Positions 1 to 9,598 of a stretch of DNA of 64,000 nt are shown piece by piece; the first letter of the stretch is position 1; every line of letters begins with the position of its first letter. The position numbers were made by a program, and so were the translations under genes. The stretch covers positions 3,776 to 67,775 of the forward strand of contig DATKDI010000001.1 in NCBI GenBank assembly GCA_035512775.1. The letters are read 5' to 3'. This DNA is from Actinomycetota bacterium. GTDB taxonomy: Bacteria > Actinomycetota > UBA4738 > HRBIN12. The notes beneath the pieces are model-generated. The model had not been told where the DNA came from and did no database searches. It saw only the letters and a program-made list of their open reading frames with translations.

Positions 1-18
1 GCTTGATGCGGGCCATCC

Positions 19-216
19 CTACTCCCCCAACAGTCGCTTGATGGTCTTGGCGGCCGCGTTCGAGCCGACCTCGGCCATGCCCTCGACGCGGCGGCGGCGC
101 GACCCCGACTTCTTGGTGAGCATGTGATTGCCCGTCGCCTTACGATGCATCACCTTGCCGTTCCGCGTGATGCGGAACCGCTTGGCGGTCGCTCGATGGG
201 TCTTGTTCTTCGGCAT
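19..216 (-). CDS. rpmI: 50S ribosomal protein L35
   Basis: 65-aa basic protein MPKNKTHRATAKRFRITRNGK... matches the L35 family; directly downstream of infC as in the infC-rpmI-rplT operon. Confidence 0.9.
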   Translation of the reverse strand: MPKNKTHRATAKRFRITRNGKVMHRKATGNHMLTKKSGSRRRRVEGMAEVGSNAAAKTIKRLLGE

Positions 217-220
217 CTGT

Positions 221-883
<663 letters not shown>

Positions 884-915
884 GCGTGGTTCGGTCGAGA
901 CCCCGCATCACTCCC

Positions 916-946
916 TTCGAAAACGAAGCACCGGACCGGCCGGTGC
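916..946 (-). terminator. putative intrinsic terminator after the rib-cupin operon
   Basis: inverted repeat GCACCGG-ACCGG-CCGGTGC (927-945); on the minus-strand RNA it is followed by UUCGUUUUCG. Confidence 0.4.
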
Positions 947-1014
947 TTGTCGCGTATCAACGGCGGAACACGTGCGCAGAGTATAGGGCGATGCCGACGC
1001 CTGTCGACGGGCTC

Positions 1015-1365
1015 TCACCAATCGGGGTCGAGGGGACGACCGTACGCGTCGCGGAGTCGCTGTGTGTCGTCCTCGGTCGTGTACCCGTACGCAACCTCGA
1101 GGATGCGGCCCGGGCCGGAACCGGTGCACCGGATCCGATGTGCCTGCTCCGCGGGTATCACGAACTCCTCGCCCGGCTCCGCCTCCACGGCTCGGTCATC
1201 GATCTCGACGGTGAGGCCCGGGTCGAGGACGACCCAGGTCTCGTCCCGCATCCGGTGGTAATGGACGCTGGTCTCCTGACCGGGCTCCACGGTGATGACG
1301 CGAACCGACGAGGGCTGGTTCAGGGCATAGGTCACGACCCGACCCCAGGGCTTCTCGACGATCAT
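1015..1365 (-). CDS. cupin-domain protein
   Basis: cupin barrel motifs VEPGQETSVHYH...EEFVIPAEQAHRIRC; start set at internal Met (MIVEKPWG) to give a 4-nt overlap with ribH. Confidence 0.6.
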   Translation of the reverse strand: MIVEKPWGRVVTYALNQPSSVRVITVEPGQETSVHYHRMRDETWVVLDPGLTVEIDDRAVEAEPGEEFVIPAEQAHRIRCTGSGPGRILEVAYGYTTEDDTQRLRDAYGRPLDPDW

Positions 1366-1883
1366 CGCAAGCTCCCCTCCCTCTCCTTGGCTTCCTTCGG
1401 GCCTTCCTTCGGGGCCTCCTTGGGGAGCCGCTCGAGCAGATCCGCCATCTCGAGCGCGGCCTCCGCGGCATCCCATCCCTTGTTGCCGTGCGCACCCCCT
1501 GCCCGGGCCTCGGCTTGGGCGAGGGTCTCCGTTGCCAGGACCTCGAAGATGACCGGGATGCCCGTCTCACGGCTGACCTCGGCCACTCCGCGAGCCGCCT
1601 CGGCGGCGACGAGCTCGAAATGCGCCGTCTCGCCGCGAACGACCGCCCCGAGGCAGATCACCGCATCGTAGGCGCCGGTGGCCGCCATGCGTTGGGCGAC
1701 CAGGGGGATCTCGAACGCGCCCGGCACCCAGGCCACGTCGACCGCTTCCTCGGCGACTCCGCGGGCCCGGAGCCCCGCGAGCGCTCCTTCGAGGAGCCGG
1801 GCGGTCACGTGCTCGTGGAAGCGCGCGACCACGATCGCGAGATGACGCCCCTCGCCGAGCGGCTCACCGCGGGAGACGCTCAC
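1362..1883 (-). CDS. ribH: 6,7-dimethyl-8-ribityllumazine synthase
   Basis: [21 protein letters not shown]...GAFEIPLVA...[12 protein letters not shown] lumazine synthase signature; last gene of the rib operon. Confidence 0.9.
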   Translation of the reverse strand: MSVSRGEPLGEGRHLAIVVARFHEHVTARLLEGALAGLRARGVAEEAVDVAWVPGAFEIPLVAQRMAATGAYDAVICLGAVVRGETAHFELVAAEAARGVAEVSRETGIPVIFEVLATETLAQAEARAGGAHGNKGWDAAEAALEMADLLERLPKEAPKEGPKEAKEREGSLR

Positions 1884-3190
1884 GCCCGAGCCTCCACGCC
1901 GCCGATCTCCCCTTCGATCGCCGGCCCGTCGATCTCGGGACCTTCGATCTCCGTTGCGTCGGTCTCCGGCAGGTCGAGCAGGTGGCCGAGCTTCTCGCGC
2001 TTGGCTCGTAGGTAGCCGACGTTCTGCGGCGTCGGATCGGTCTGGAGCGGGAGCCGCTCCTCGATCACCAGCCCGTGGCCCTCGAGTCCCGCTCGCTTCT
2101 CCGGGTTGTTCGTGAGCAGCCGCATCGACCGGACCCCGAGGTCGTAGAGGATCTGTGCGCCGATCCCGTAATCGCGCTGGTCCGCCGGGAAGCCGAGTTC
2201 CAGGTTGGCTTCCACCGTGTCACGCCCACGCTCCTGGAGCTCGTAGGCACGGAGCTTGTGTGCGATGCCGATCGCACGACCCTCGTGGCCGCGGACGTAG
2301 AGGACCACACCCCGCCCTTCGCGCCCGATCAGCTCCATCGCACGATCCAGCTGCTCACCACAGTCGCACCGGAGGGAACCGAACACATCGCCGGTCAAGC
2401 ACTCCGAGTGCACGCGGGTGAGGACGCGCGCGCCCTCACCCATCTCCCCCGCCACGAGGGCGACGTGGGTACGCCCGTCCACGACGCTCTCGTACGCGAT
2501 GGAGCGGAACTCGCCGTGCCGCGTGGGGATCTTCGCCTCCGCGACCTTCGTCACGAGCACCTCATGCTGCCGGCGGTACGCGATCAGATCCGCGATCGAG
2601 ATCAGCTTCAGGCCGTGGGTGCGAGCGAAGACCGTGAGATCCGGCAGTCGCGCCATCGTCCCGTCCTCGTTGACCGTCTCGCACAGAACGCCGGCCGGAT
2701 ACAGCCCGGCGAGGCGTGCCAGATCCACGGCCGCTTCCGTATGCCCTGCTCGCTTCAAGACACCGCCCTCGCGATACCGCAGCGGGAAGATGTGGCCCGG
2801 ACGAGACAGATCCGGGGGCTGCGTCGTCGGATCGATGATCGCTCGGATCGTGCGGGCTCGGTCGGCGGCCGAGATGCCGGTCGTGACGCCCTCGCGAGCG
2901 TCCACCGAGACCGTGAAGGCGGTGCGCCTGCTGTCGGTGTTGGAGGCGACCATCAACGGGATCTCCAGCTCGTCGAGCCGATCCCCGATCACGGGCATGC
3001 AGATCACCCCACTCGTGTGCCGGACGATGAATGCGATCGACTCGGGGGTGACGCGCTCCGCCGCCATGATGAGATCGCCCTCGTTCTCCCGGTCGGCGTC
3101 GTCGACCACGATCACCATCCGGCCGCCCTGGATCTCTTCGATCGCCTCCGGGATCGAGGCGAAGACCTTCTCCTCCGCCAACGTGCTCAT
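1880..3190 (-). CDS. ribBA: bifunctional 3,4-dihydroxy-2-butanone-4-phosphate synthase / GTP cyclohydrolase II
   Basis: DHBP synthase N-domain ([13 protein letters not shown]...[10 protein letters not shown]) and GTP cyclohydrolase II C-domain ([18 protein letters not shown]...RGHEGRAIG); acidic repeat tail [18 protein letters not shown]. Confidence 0.9.
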   Translation of the reverse strand: MSTLAEEKVFASIPEAIEEIQGGRMVIVVDDADRENEGDLIMAAERVTPESIAFIVRHTSGVICMPVIGDRLDELEIPLMVASNTDSRRTAFTVSVDAREGVTTGISAADRARTIRAIIDPTTQPPDLSRPGHIFPLRYREGGVLKRAGHTEAAVDLARLAGLYPAGVLCETVNEDGTMARLPDLTVFARTHGLKLISIADLIAYRRQHEVLVTKVAEAKIPTRHGEFRSIAYESVVDGRTHVALVAGEMGEGARVLTRVHSECLTGDVFGSLRCDCGEQLDRAMELIGREGRGVVLYVRGHEGRAIGIAHKLRAYELQERGRDTVEANLELGFPADQRDYGIGAQILYDLGVRSMRLLTNNPEKRAGLEGHGLVIEERLPLQTDPTPQNVGYLRAKREKLGHLLDLPETDATEIEGPEIDGPAIEGEIGGVEARA

Positions 3191-3813
3191 GTCGTTCGTT
3201 CCTTTCCGGACTCGACGGCGACGCCGTCGCCGATGAGGCTCTCGATGTTCCTGGCCACGTACTTCGCAACGACGTCGACCTCCACGTTCAACGGATCACC
3301 CGTGCGGATCGCGCCGAGCGTGGTGACTGCCAGCGTGTGCGGTATCAGCGCCACGTCGATCTCGTCGTCGTCGATCGCCGCGACGGTCAGGCTGACCCCG
3401 CTCAGGGTGATCGACCCCTTCTCGACTACGTACCGCAAGAGATCCCCGGGCAGGCGGACGGACAGGCGGGCGCCGCCCTCGGCGTCCGGCCGGACGGCCG
3501 TCGCGAGCGCGACGCCGTCCACATGGCCCTGGACGAGATGTCCCCCCAGACGGGAGACGAGGGTGGCCGGTCGCTCCACGTTCACTCGATCGTCGGGCGC
3601 GAGGCCGCCCAGGCTCGTGCGGTCGAAGGTCTCCGGGGAGATGTCGAAGGATGCCTCGTCTCCGTCGAGACCGACCACCGTGAGGCAGACGCCGTCGATC
3701 GAGATCGAATCGCCGATCGCCGCTTCCGACGCGGCGATCGGGCACCGCACGACGATGCGCGACCCCGCCCTGGACACGACGTGGCCGAGCTCCTCAACGA
3801 TCCCGGTGAACAT
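3187..3813 (-). CDS. ribE: riboflavin synthase alpha subunit
   Basis: [10 protein letters not shown]...[11 protein letters not shown]... and internal duplicated [10 protein letters not shown], typical of riboflavin synthase. Confidence 0.85.
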   Translation of the reverse strand: MFTGIVEELGHVVSRAGSRIVVRCPIAASEAAIGDSISIDGVCLTVVGLDGDEASFDISPETFDRTSLGGLAPDDRVNVERPATLVSRLGGHLVQGHVDGVALATAVRPDAEGGARLSVRLPGDLLRYVVEKGSITLSGVSLTVAAIDDDEIDVALIPHTLAVTTLGAIRTGDPLNVEVDVVAKYVARNIESLIGDGVAVESGKERTT

Positions 3814-4897
3814 CCGCCACCACCTTCACGTCTGCTCCGAGACGCTCGATCGACACGATGTCCACCTGCGCCGCTCGCCCGATCGGGGCGAACCCGCTTC
3901 CCGCGAGCCAGCCGGTGGCCTCGCGACCGCCGACCACCATCGGCGCGACGTAGAGCACGAGCTGATCGACGACTCCGTCATGGATCGCGCTCCAGGCGAG
4001 CGTCGGACCGCCCTCCAGCACGACACCCTGCAGGTCCCGCTTCCCGAGCAGGTCGATCAATGCCGGCAAGGACACACCGCCGTTGGGATCGCGATCCAGC
4101 ACCGCGACGTCGGCGCCCGCGTCGACCCATTCCTGACGTCTCGGCGTGGGCGTTTGCTCAGTCGTCGCGATGAGCGTGGGTGCGCTCGCATCCAGCGCGC
4201 GTCGATCGCCGGGAACGCGACCGGACGGATCGACGACGACCCGGACCGGGGGTCGCGCCGACGCGAACGCGGGGTCGCGGACCGTGAGCCGTGGATCGTC
4301 GGCGAGGGCCGTGCCCGAGCCGACGACCACGGCGTCGGACCACGCGCGCAGACGCTGGACGTCCGCGCGCGCCTCCTCACCCGTGATCCACTTGGAGGAC
4401 CCGTCGCGAGCGGCGGCCTTCCCGTCGAGGGACGAGGCCATCTTCAGCACGACGAACGGCCGACCGGTGCGGACGTGGGTGCGGAAGGCCACGTTCTGTC
4501 GGATCGCCTCCGCGCCGAGGAGTCCCTCCTCGACCGTGAGGCCCGCGTCCCGGAGCGCGCGGAACCCGCTGCCGTCGACGACGGGGTTCGGGTCGCCCGT
4601 GGCCGCGATGATCCCTTCCACGCCGGCCTGGATCAGCGCCCGGGCGCACGGAGGGGTGCGACCGTGATGATCGCAGGGCTCGAGTGTCACGAAGGCGGTC
4701 GAGCCGACCGCACGGTCGCCGGCCACGCGAAGGGCCATGGCTTCGGCGTGCTCGGTCCCGGGACCCTCGTGCCACCCCTCGCCGGCCACCCGGCCGTCGC
4801 GAACCAGCACGCAACCGACCAGTGGATTGGGCGAAACGCGCCCCCAGCCCCGCGCCGCGAGCTCGAGCGCCCTCCGCATGTGCCGCTCCCTGTCCAC
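3794..4897 (-). CDS. ribD: bifunctional diaminohydroxyphosphoribosylaminopyrimidine deaminase / 5-amino-6-(5-phosphoribosylamino)uracil reductase
   Basis: CMP/dCMP deaminase zinc motif HAEAMAL...TLEPCDHHGRTPPC plus a RibD C-terminal reductase domain; first gene after the FMN riboswitch. Confidence 0.9.
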   Translation of the reverse strand: MDRERHMRRALELAARGWGRVSPNPLVGCVLVRDGRVAGEGWHEGPGTEHAEAMALRVAGDRAVGSTAFVTLEPCDHHGRTPPCARALIQAGVEGIIAATGDPNPVVDGSGFRALRDAGLTVEEGLLGAEAIRQNVAFRTHVRTGRPFVVLKMASSLDGKAAARDGSSKWITGEEARADVQRLRAWSDAVVVGSGTALADDPRLTVRDPAFASARPPVRVVVDPSGRVPGDRRALDASAPTLIATTEQTPTPRRQEWVDAGADVAVLDRDPNGGVSLPALIDLLGKRDLQGVVLEGGPTLAWSAIHDGVVDQLVLYVAPMVVGGREATGWLAGSGFAPIGRAAQVDIVSIERLGADVKVVADVHRDR

Positions 4898-4949
4898 GCT
4901 CCTCCGTCCTTCCGGAGCGGGACACAGGTGGAAAGGCGCTGCAGGACCG

Positions 4950-5108
4950 CACGCGGCGGCCCCCGCGCCTGTTCCCTCCCATCCCGACTATCACGGTCGG
5001 TCCCGGAATCGCACCGGGTCCACCCCCACGTGGCTCGCGGAGGGTCGCGGACTATCACCGCCGGTGGGGATTCGCACCCCGCCCCGGAAACAGGCTTTCC
5101 GCCAGTAT
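4950..5108 (-). ncRNA. FMN riboswitch (RFN element) in the ribD leader
   Basis: minus-strand RNA reads ...UUCCGGGGCGGGGUGCGAAUCCCCACCGGCGGUGAUAGUCCGCGACCC...GGACCCGGUGCGAUUCCGGGACCGACCGUGAUAGUCGGGAUGGGAGGGAAC, matching the conserved RFN core and its pseudo-symmetric second half; sits immediately 5' of ribD. Confidence 0.8.
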
Positions 5109-5165
5109 AGGACCGCACCTGAGGTCGTGAGAAGGCCGTCTCCCTGCCTGGAGCGGAGGGGTGGC

Positions 5166-6092
5166 CTAGGGTGCGCGGCGGTCGACGGCGTAGGACGAGC
5201 CGCCGTCGCGCTTGGCGAACTGCTTCATCTCCGTCGCCACCGCCACGGCTTCCCCGTAGTGAGCGAACGCTCTCTTCGAGGTCGTCGCGATGCCCACGGA
5301 CACGCTCACGAGCGGGATGTCCTGCTCGACGCCCTTCCGGTCCTCCATCCGAACGAAGCCTCGTTCGAGATCCTCGTCCTCGTAGTAGAGGGAACGATCC
5401 TTGTCGAAACGGTCGCAGACGGCTTTGGCGACGTCCTCGGCCGTATCCGGCTCCACGACGGCCACGAAGTCGTCTCCACCGACATGGCCGACGAACCCGT
5501 CCTGATCGTTCGCGATCACCGCGTCCTGGATCATCCGTGCCGTGCCCTGGATCAGCCGGTCGCCCCGAACGAAGCCGTACTTGTCGTTGTAGGTCTTGAA
5601 GTTGTCGAGGTCGACATACAGGACCGCGAACGGCCGGTGCTCCCTGACCTGTCGCTCGATCTCCTCCTGGATCCGGATGTTGCCGGGCATCCCCGTGAGC
5701 GGCGACAGGTTGCGCATCTCCTTGGCCCGCCGGAGGGTTCCCTTCACGCGTGCGAGCAGTTCGATCGGGTCGAACGGTTTGATGATGTAGTCGTCCGCTC
5801 CAGACTGCAGACCGGTGACCTTGTCCGACGACAACGCCTTCGCCGTGAGCATGATGATGCTGGTGTTGGCCGTCTGCGGGTTCTTGCGCAGACGCTGCGC
5901 CACTTCGAAGCCGTCGAGGCGCGGCATCATCACGTCGAGGAGCACGAGGTCGGGCCGGATCTCCGCTGCCCGCTCGAGCGCCTCCTCACCGTCGCCCGCG
6001 ACCGACACCTCGTAGCCGGCGGACCGGAGGTTCACCTCGACGAACCGGGCGATATCCGGGTCGTCGTCGACGACGAGGATCGACTCGGGCAT
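5166..6092 (-). CDS. response regulator with receiver domain and GGDEF-type diguanylate cyclase domain (motif variant GGDDF)
   Basis: receiver: ILVVDDDPDIARF...LVLLDVMMPRLDG; GGDEF domain: LYVDLDNFKTYNDKYGFVRGD...GHVGGDDFVAVV...VSVGIA; no RxxD I-site. Confidence 0.8.
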   Translation of the reverse strand: MPESILVVDDDPDIARFVEVNLRSAGYEVSVAGDGEEALERAAEIRPDLVLLDVMMPRLDGFEVAQRLRKNPQTANTSIIMLTAKALSSDKVTGLQSGADDYIIKPFDPIELLARVKGTLRRAKEMRNLSPLTGMPGNIRIQEEIERQVREHRPFAVLYVDLDNFKTYNDKYGFVRGDRLIQGTARMIQDAVIANDQDGFVGHVGGDDFVAVVEPDTAEDVAKAVCDRFDKDRSLYYEDEDLERGFVRMEDRKGVEQDIPLVSVSVGIATTSKRAFAHYGEAVAVATEMKQFAKRDGGSSYAVDRRAP

Positions 6093-6781
6093 CAGGCGGT
6101 CCCTTCACGAGCGGGAAGGGGCGACCGGCCGCGCGAGGCGATCTCCTTGAGGGCACGAGCCGCCTCCACCTTGTCGGGGGCCTTGTAGATCCCGGAAGCG
6201 GACACCAAGACGGTCGCGCCGGCATCCACCGCGCGCTGCGCGTTGTCGACCTTCACGCCGCCGTCGATCTCGACGTCGACCGAGAGCCCCTGCCGGTCCA
6301 CCTCACGGCGAGCAGCCTCGATCCGCGGGTAGACGTCGGGATTCAGCTCTTGACCGCTCCATCCGGGCCGGATGCTCATCAGCATGAGGTCGTCGAGTTG
6401 TTCGAGGTAGGGGAACGTCGCCTCCACCGGTGTCTCCAGGTTGACCGTGAGACCGGTACGCATGCCTGTCGCCCGCGCTTTCGAGATCACGGGCTCGGGA
6501 TCGTCGACCGCCTCGTGGTGGAACGACACGGTGTCGAGTCCCGCTTCCGCGAGCTCTTCGAGATACGACCCCGGCGCGTCGACCATGAGATGGCCGTGGA
6601 GATCCGACGTGGTCCAAGGGCGAAGCGAGGCAACGATAACCGTGCCGAGGGCGATGGGAGGTACGAAATGACCATCCATGATGTCGATATGGATGATGTC
6701 GGCATAGGGCTCTATCAGCTTGACCTCGTCGGCCAGATGGGCGAGGTCCGCTGAGAGGATGGATGCCGCCAACTTCCCCAT
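6092..6781 (-). CDS. rpe: ribulose-phosphate 3-epimerase
   Basis: ILSADLAHLADEVK...IHIDIMDGHFVP...MSIRPGWSGQ epimerase signatures; 1-nt overlap (ATGA) with the downstream gene. Confidence 0.9.
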   Translation of the reverse strand: MGKLAASILSADLAHLADEVKLIEPYADIIHIDIMDGHFVPPIALGTVIVASLRPWTTSDLHGHLMVDAPGSYLEELAEAGLDTVSFHHEAVDDPEPVISKARATGMRTGLTVNLETPVEATFPYLEQLDDLMLMSIRPGWSGQELNPDVYPRIEAARREVDRQGLSVDVEIDGGVKVDNAQRAVDAGATVLVSASGIYKAPDKVEAARALKEIASRGRSPLPAREGTA

Positions 6782-6817
6782 GGTGGCGGATTGTAGCGGT
6801 GGACACCGATGCCGCGA

Positions 6818-8110
6818 TCAGCCGGACTTCTGGAACGCTGCCACGAACATCCCGTCGGTCCCGTGGCGATGCGGCCAGAGACGGTGCCGGAAGGCCGGAT
6901 CGGAGCCTTCCGGCCCCGGTGTTTCGATGGGCTGCAGGTCGGGTCGATGCCGGAGTATCGCGTCGCACGCCGCGTCGGTCTCCGCTCTCGGGAACGTGCA
7001 CACCGAGAACACCAAACGGCCGCCGGGGGCAACCAGGTCGGCGGCGGCGGCCGCGATCGCCACCTGGAGCCGCGCCAGACGGGAGAGCTCCTCTCGATGT
7101 CCGCGCCACAACAGCTCCGGCCGCCGCCGCGCGGCGCCGATCCCCGAGCACGGCGCATCCACGAGCACCCGGTCGAAGGGACCCCGTACGGCGGGTGTGA
7201 TGGCGTCCTGCACGAGGACGAGTGCGTGGAACCCGAGGCGTCGCAGACTCGCAGGGATCAGCGCGGTGCGATCCGCGTGGAGATCGACGGCGACGACTCG
7301 GCCCTCCTCGCCCACCCGGCACGCGACGAAAGCCGCCTTCCCTCCCGGCGCGGCGCAGGCGTCGAGCACACGCTCGCCCGGCTGGGGCCCGAGCGTCTCG
7401 ACCACGAACGCGGACGCCTGATCCTGGACGGCGAACCGCCCCTCGTTCCAACCCGGGAGCGACGTGGGGTCTCCGCCCGGGAGGAGGATGCACTCCGGAT
7501 GCACTCCGCCGATCTCCGGTCGATATCCGGCCTGCCGCAACGACTCGATCACCCCGTCGACCGTGGCCCGGCAGGTGTTCACTCGGAGGGAGAGCGCGCC
7601 GCGCTCGCCGAAAGCGAGCGCCGCGCGCTCCACCTCGTCGGGTTCGAGCATCGTGCGAAGCTCCTTCACGGCCCACGGAGCCAAGCCGGTGCGGAGGCCG
7701 ATCGCCTGGTCGTCCACTCCCGCAGGCGGCGCGGGTGGCTCTTTCGCCAGTCGTCGGAGGATCGCGTTCACGAACCCGCGCTCCCTCGGCACGACGACGC
7801 CCACCGTCTCCCCCACCGCCGCATGAGCCGGGATCCGCATGTGGAGCAGTTGGTACGCGCCGAGACGGAGGGCGGCGCGCGCGCCCGGCGTCATCCGGGC
7901 GATCGGTCTCGCTGCGCGCGCGCCGATCACCGCGTCGAGCTCGGGCACATGGCGGAGCGTCCCGTAGGCGAGTTCGGTGGCGAGCGCGCGATCCCGCTGG
8001 TCCAGACCCGAACGCGCGAGGGCGCTGGGAAGCAAACGGTTCGAGTACGCGCCTTCGTCGGCCACGCGGCGGACCACCTCGAGCGCGACAGCCCTGGCGC
8101 TCGGACTCAC
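6818..8110 (-). CDS. rsmB: 16S rRNA (cytosine-C5) methyltransferase RsmB/Sun
   Basis: NusB-like N-domain plus SAM-MTase core VLDACAAPGGK...VDAPCSGIG; GTG start at 8110 chosen because it forms a GTGA overlap with the fmt stop; the track ORF extends further 5' through the low-complexity antisense of fmt. Confidence 0.85.
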   Translation of the reverse strand: MSPSARAVALEVVRRVADEGAYSNRLLPSALARSGLDQRDRALATELAYGTLRHVPELDAVIGARAARPIARMTPGARAALRLGAYQLLHMRIPAHAAVGETVGVVVPRERGFVNAILRRLAKEPPAPPAGVDDQAIGLRTGLAPWAVKELRTMLEPDEVERAALAFGERGALSLRVNTCRATVDGVIESLRQAGYRPEIGGVHPECILLPGGDPTSLPGWNEGRFAVQDQASAFVVETLGPQPGERVLDACAAPGGKAAFVACRVGEEGRVVAVDLHADRTALIPASLRRLGFHALVLVQDAITPAVRGPFDRVLVDAPCSGIGAARRRPELLWRGHREELSRLARLQVAIAAAAADLVAPGGRLVFSVCTFPRAETDAACDAILRHRPDLQPIETPGPEGSDPAFRHRLWPHRHGTDGMFVAAFQKSG

Positions 8111-9051
8111 GTCAGGCCCTCTCCCTGCTGGATCCGCGCTCCGCGGGCCCACTCGGCCCCGGACATCCTCTTGCGACCGGCCGGGGCGACCTCGACGAGC
8201 TCCACGAGTCCCGACGCGGTGCCGACCCATGGATCGCGATCCCATCCGACGATCACGCCGGGACCGGATCCTTCCGTCGCCATCCGACCGCCTCCCGGAT
8301 GGACTCGTGCGACGAGCACCTTCAACCGTCCCTGGCGGAACGTCGTGAAAGCTCCCGGATCCGGGGCAAACGCACGGACCCTGCTCACGATGGCTTCGGC
8401 GGGCTGAGCCCAATCGATCGTCCGCTCCTCGGGGAGGAGCTTCGGCGCGTACGTCGCGATGGTGTGGTCCTGCGACCGCGGCTCCACGGTGCTCTCGTCC
8501 AACCCTTGAAGCGTCTGGACGAGCAGAGGCGCACCCAACTCTGAAAGCCGCGCACCCAGTGCACCCGCGTCCTCGTCGGGACCGATGGGCGTTTCGAGGG
8601 ACGCGAGGACGGGTCCCGTGTCCATGCCCTCGTCCATCAGCATCACCGTCACGCCGGTCGTCTCATCACCTCCCAAGATCGCCCGCTGCACAGGCGCAGC
8701 CCCTCGCCAGCGAGGGAGGAGCGAGAAGTGCAGGTTCACCGCGCCGAGCCGCGGGATATCCAGGACGTCCGGGGTGAGGATCTCGCCGTACGCAACGACC
8801 ACGATCGCGTCGGGCTCGAGCGAGTCGAGGGCGTCGAAGCCCCCGCCGTCCCTGACCCGATCCACCTCGAGGAGAGGAAGCTCCAGGGTGCGCGCGGCGT
8901 CCGCCACGGCCGTCGGCGTCAGCTCCGAACCTCGCCCGGCGGGACGCGGCGGGTTCGTGAGGACGAGATCGACGTCGATGTCCGACGCCTGCGGGAGGGC
9001 CCGCAATGGTGCGACCGACCAGGCATCGTTTCCGAGGAACGCGACCCGCAT
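8107..9051 (-). CDS. fmt: methionyl-tRNA formyltransferase
   Basis: MRVAFLGNDAWSVAPLRAL...VNLHFSLLPRWRGAAPVQRAI formyltransferase signature; def-fmt-rsmB order. Confidence 0.9.
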   Translation of the reverse strand: MRVAFLGNDAWSVAPLRALPQASDIDVDLVLTNPPRPAGRGSELTPTAVADAARTLELPLLEVDRVRDGGGFDALDSLEPDAIVVVAYGEILTPDVLDIPRLGAVNLHFSLLPRWRGAAPVQRAILGGDETTGVTVMLMDEGMDTGPVLASLETPIGPDEDAGALGARLSELGAPLLVQTLQGLDESTVEPRSQDHTIATYAPKLLPEERTIDWAQPAEAIVSRVRAFAPDPGAFTTFRQGRLKVLVARVHPGGGRMATEGSGPGVIVGWDRDPWVGTASGLVELVEVAPAGRKRMSGAEWARGARIQQGEGLT

Positions 9052-9070
9052 GCGGCGAGGATACGGCGGG

Positions 9071-9589
9071 TCAGTCCGGCTCGGTTCGCCCGGGCGCGGA
9101 GAGACCCATCTCGATCCGCCGGAGCTGCGCCATCACACCTCGGCGTCCCTCTTCGTCCAGGCGGTCGATGTACAGCATCCCGTCCAGGTGATCGGTCTCG
9201 TGCTGGAAGATCCGTGCGAGCAGTCCCTCACCGATCATCTCGTACGGCGTGCCTTCGAGGTCCTGCCCGGCGCACCGGATGCGGGCGTGACGAGGGGTCG
9301 GGTAGTACGGGCCGGGGATCGAGAGACATCCTTCGTCCTCGAGAAGCTCGCCCACCGGCTCCGAAAGCTCAGGATTGGCCATGAACATCGGACCGGTCTC
9401 CCCGTCGTCGAAGACGAAGAGCCGAAGCGACAGGCCCACCTGGGGAGCCGCGAGGCCGACGCCGGGCGCCGCGACCATGGTCTCGACCATGTCGTCGAAC
9501 AGCGTGCGCAGGGACGGACCGAACTCGGTGACCGGCTTCGCCGGCTCGCGAAGCACCGGGTCGCCAAGCGTTCGGATACGCAGGATCAC
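9071..9589 (-). CDS. def: peptide deformylase
   Basis: GVGLAAPQVG, EGCLSIPG and HETDHLDG, the three PDF motifs. Confidence 0.9.
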   Translation of the reverse strand: MILRIRTLGDPVLREPAKPVTEFGPSLRTLFDDMVETMVAAPGVGLAAPQVGLSLRLFVFDDGETGPMFMANPELSEPVGELLEDEGCLSIPGPYYPTPRHARIRCAGQDLEGTPYEMIGEGLLARIFQHETDHLDGMLYIDRLDEEGRRGVMAQLRRIEMGLSAPGRTEPD

Positions 9590-9598
9590 GTCGGTCTC

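Noticed and set aside
1890-1960. Short repeats encoding the ribBA acidic tail ([18 protein letters not shown]) as a possible functional repeat element
   Set aside because: Low-complexity, imperfect, in-frame codon repeats at the C-terminal extreme. No evidence of function beyond a disordered tail. Noted only in the feature evidence.
6303-7676. 457-aa minus-strand ORF overlapping rsmB in another frame, and other alternate-frame ORFs inside genes (e.g. 11410-12396 in metK, 52449-53597 in aspS, 42646-43848 in pilB)
   Set aside because: Same-strand alternate frames of highly conserved genes. Products are Arg/Gly/Pro-rich without motifs. GC3 bias explains the open frames.
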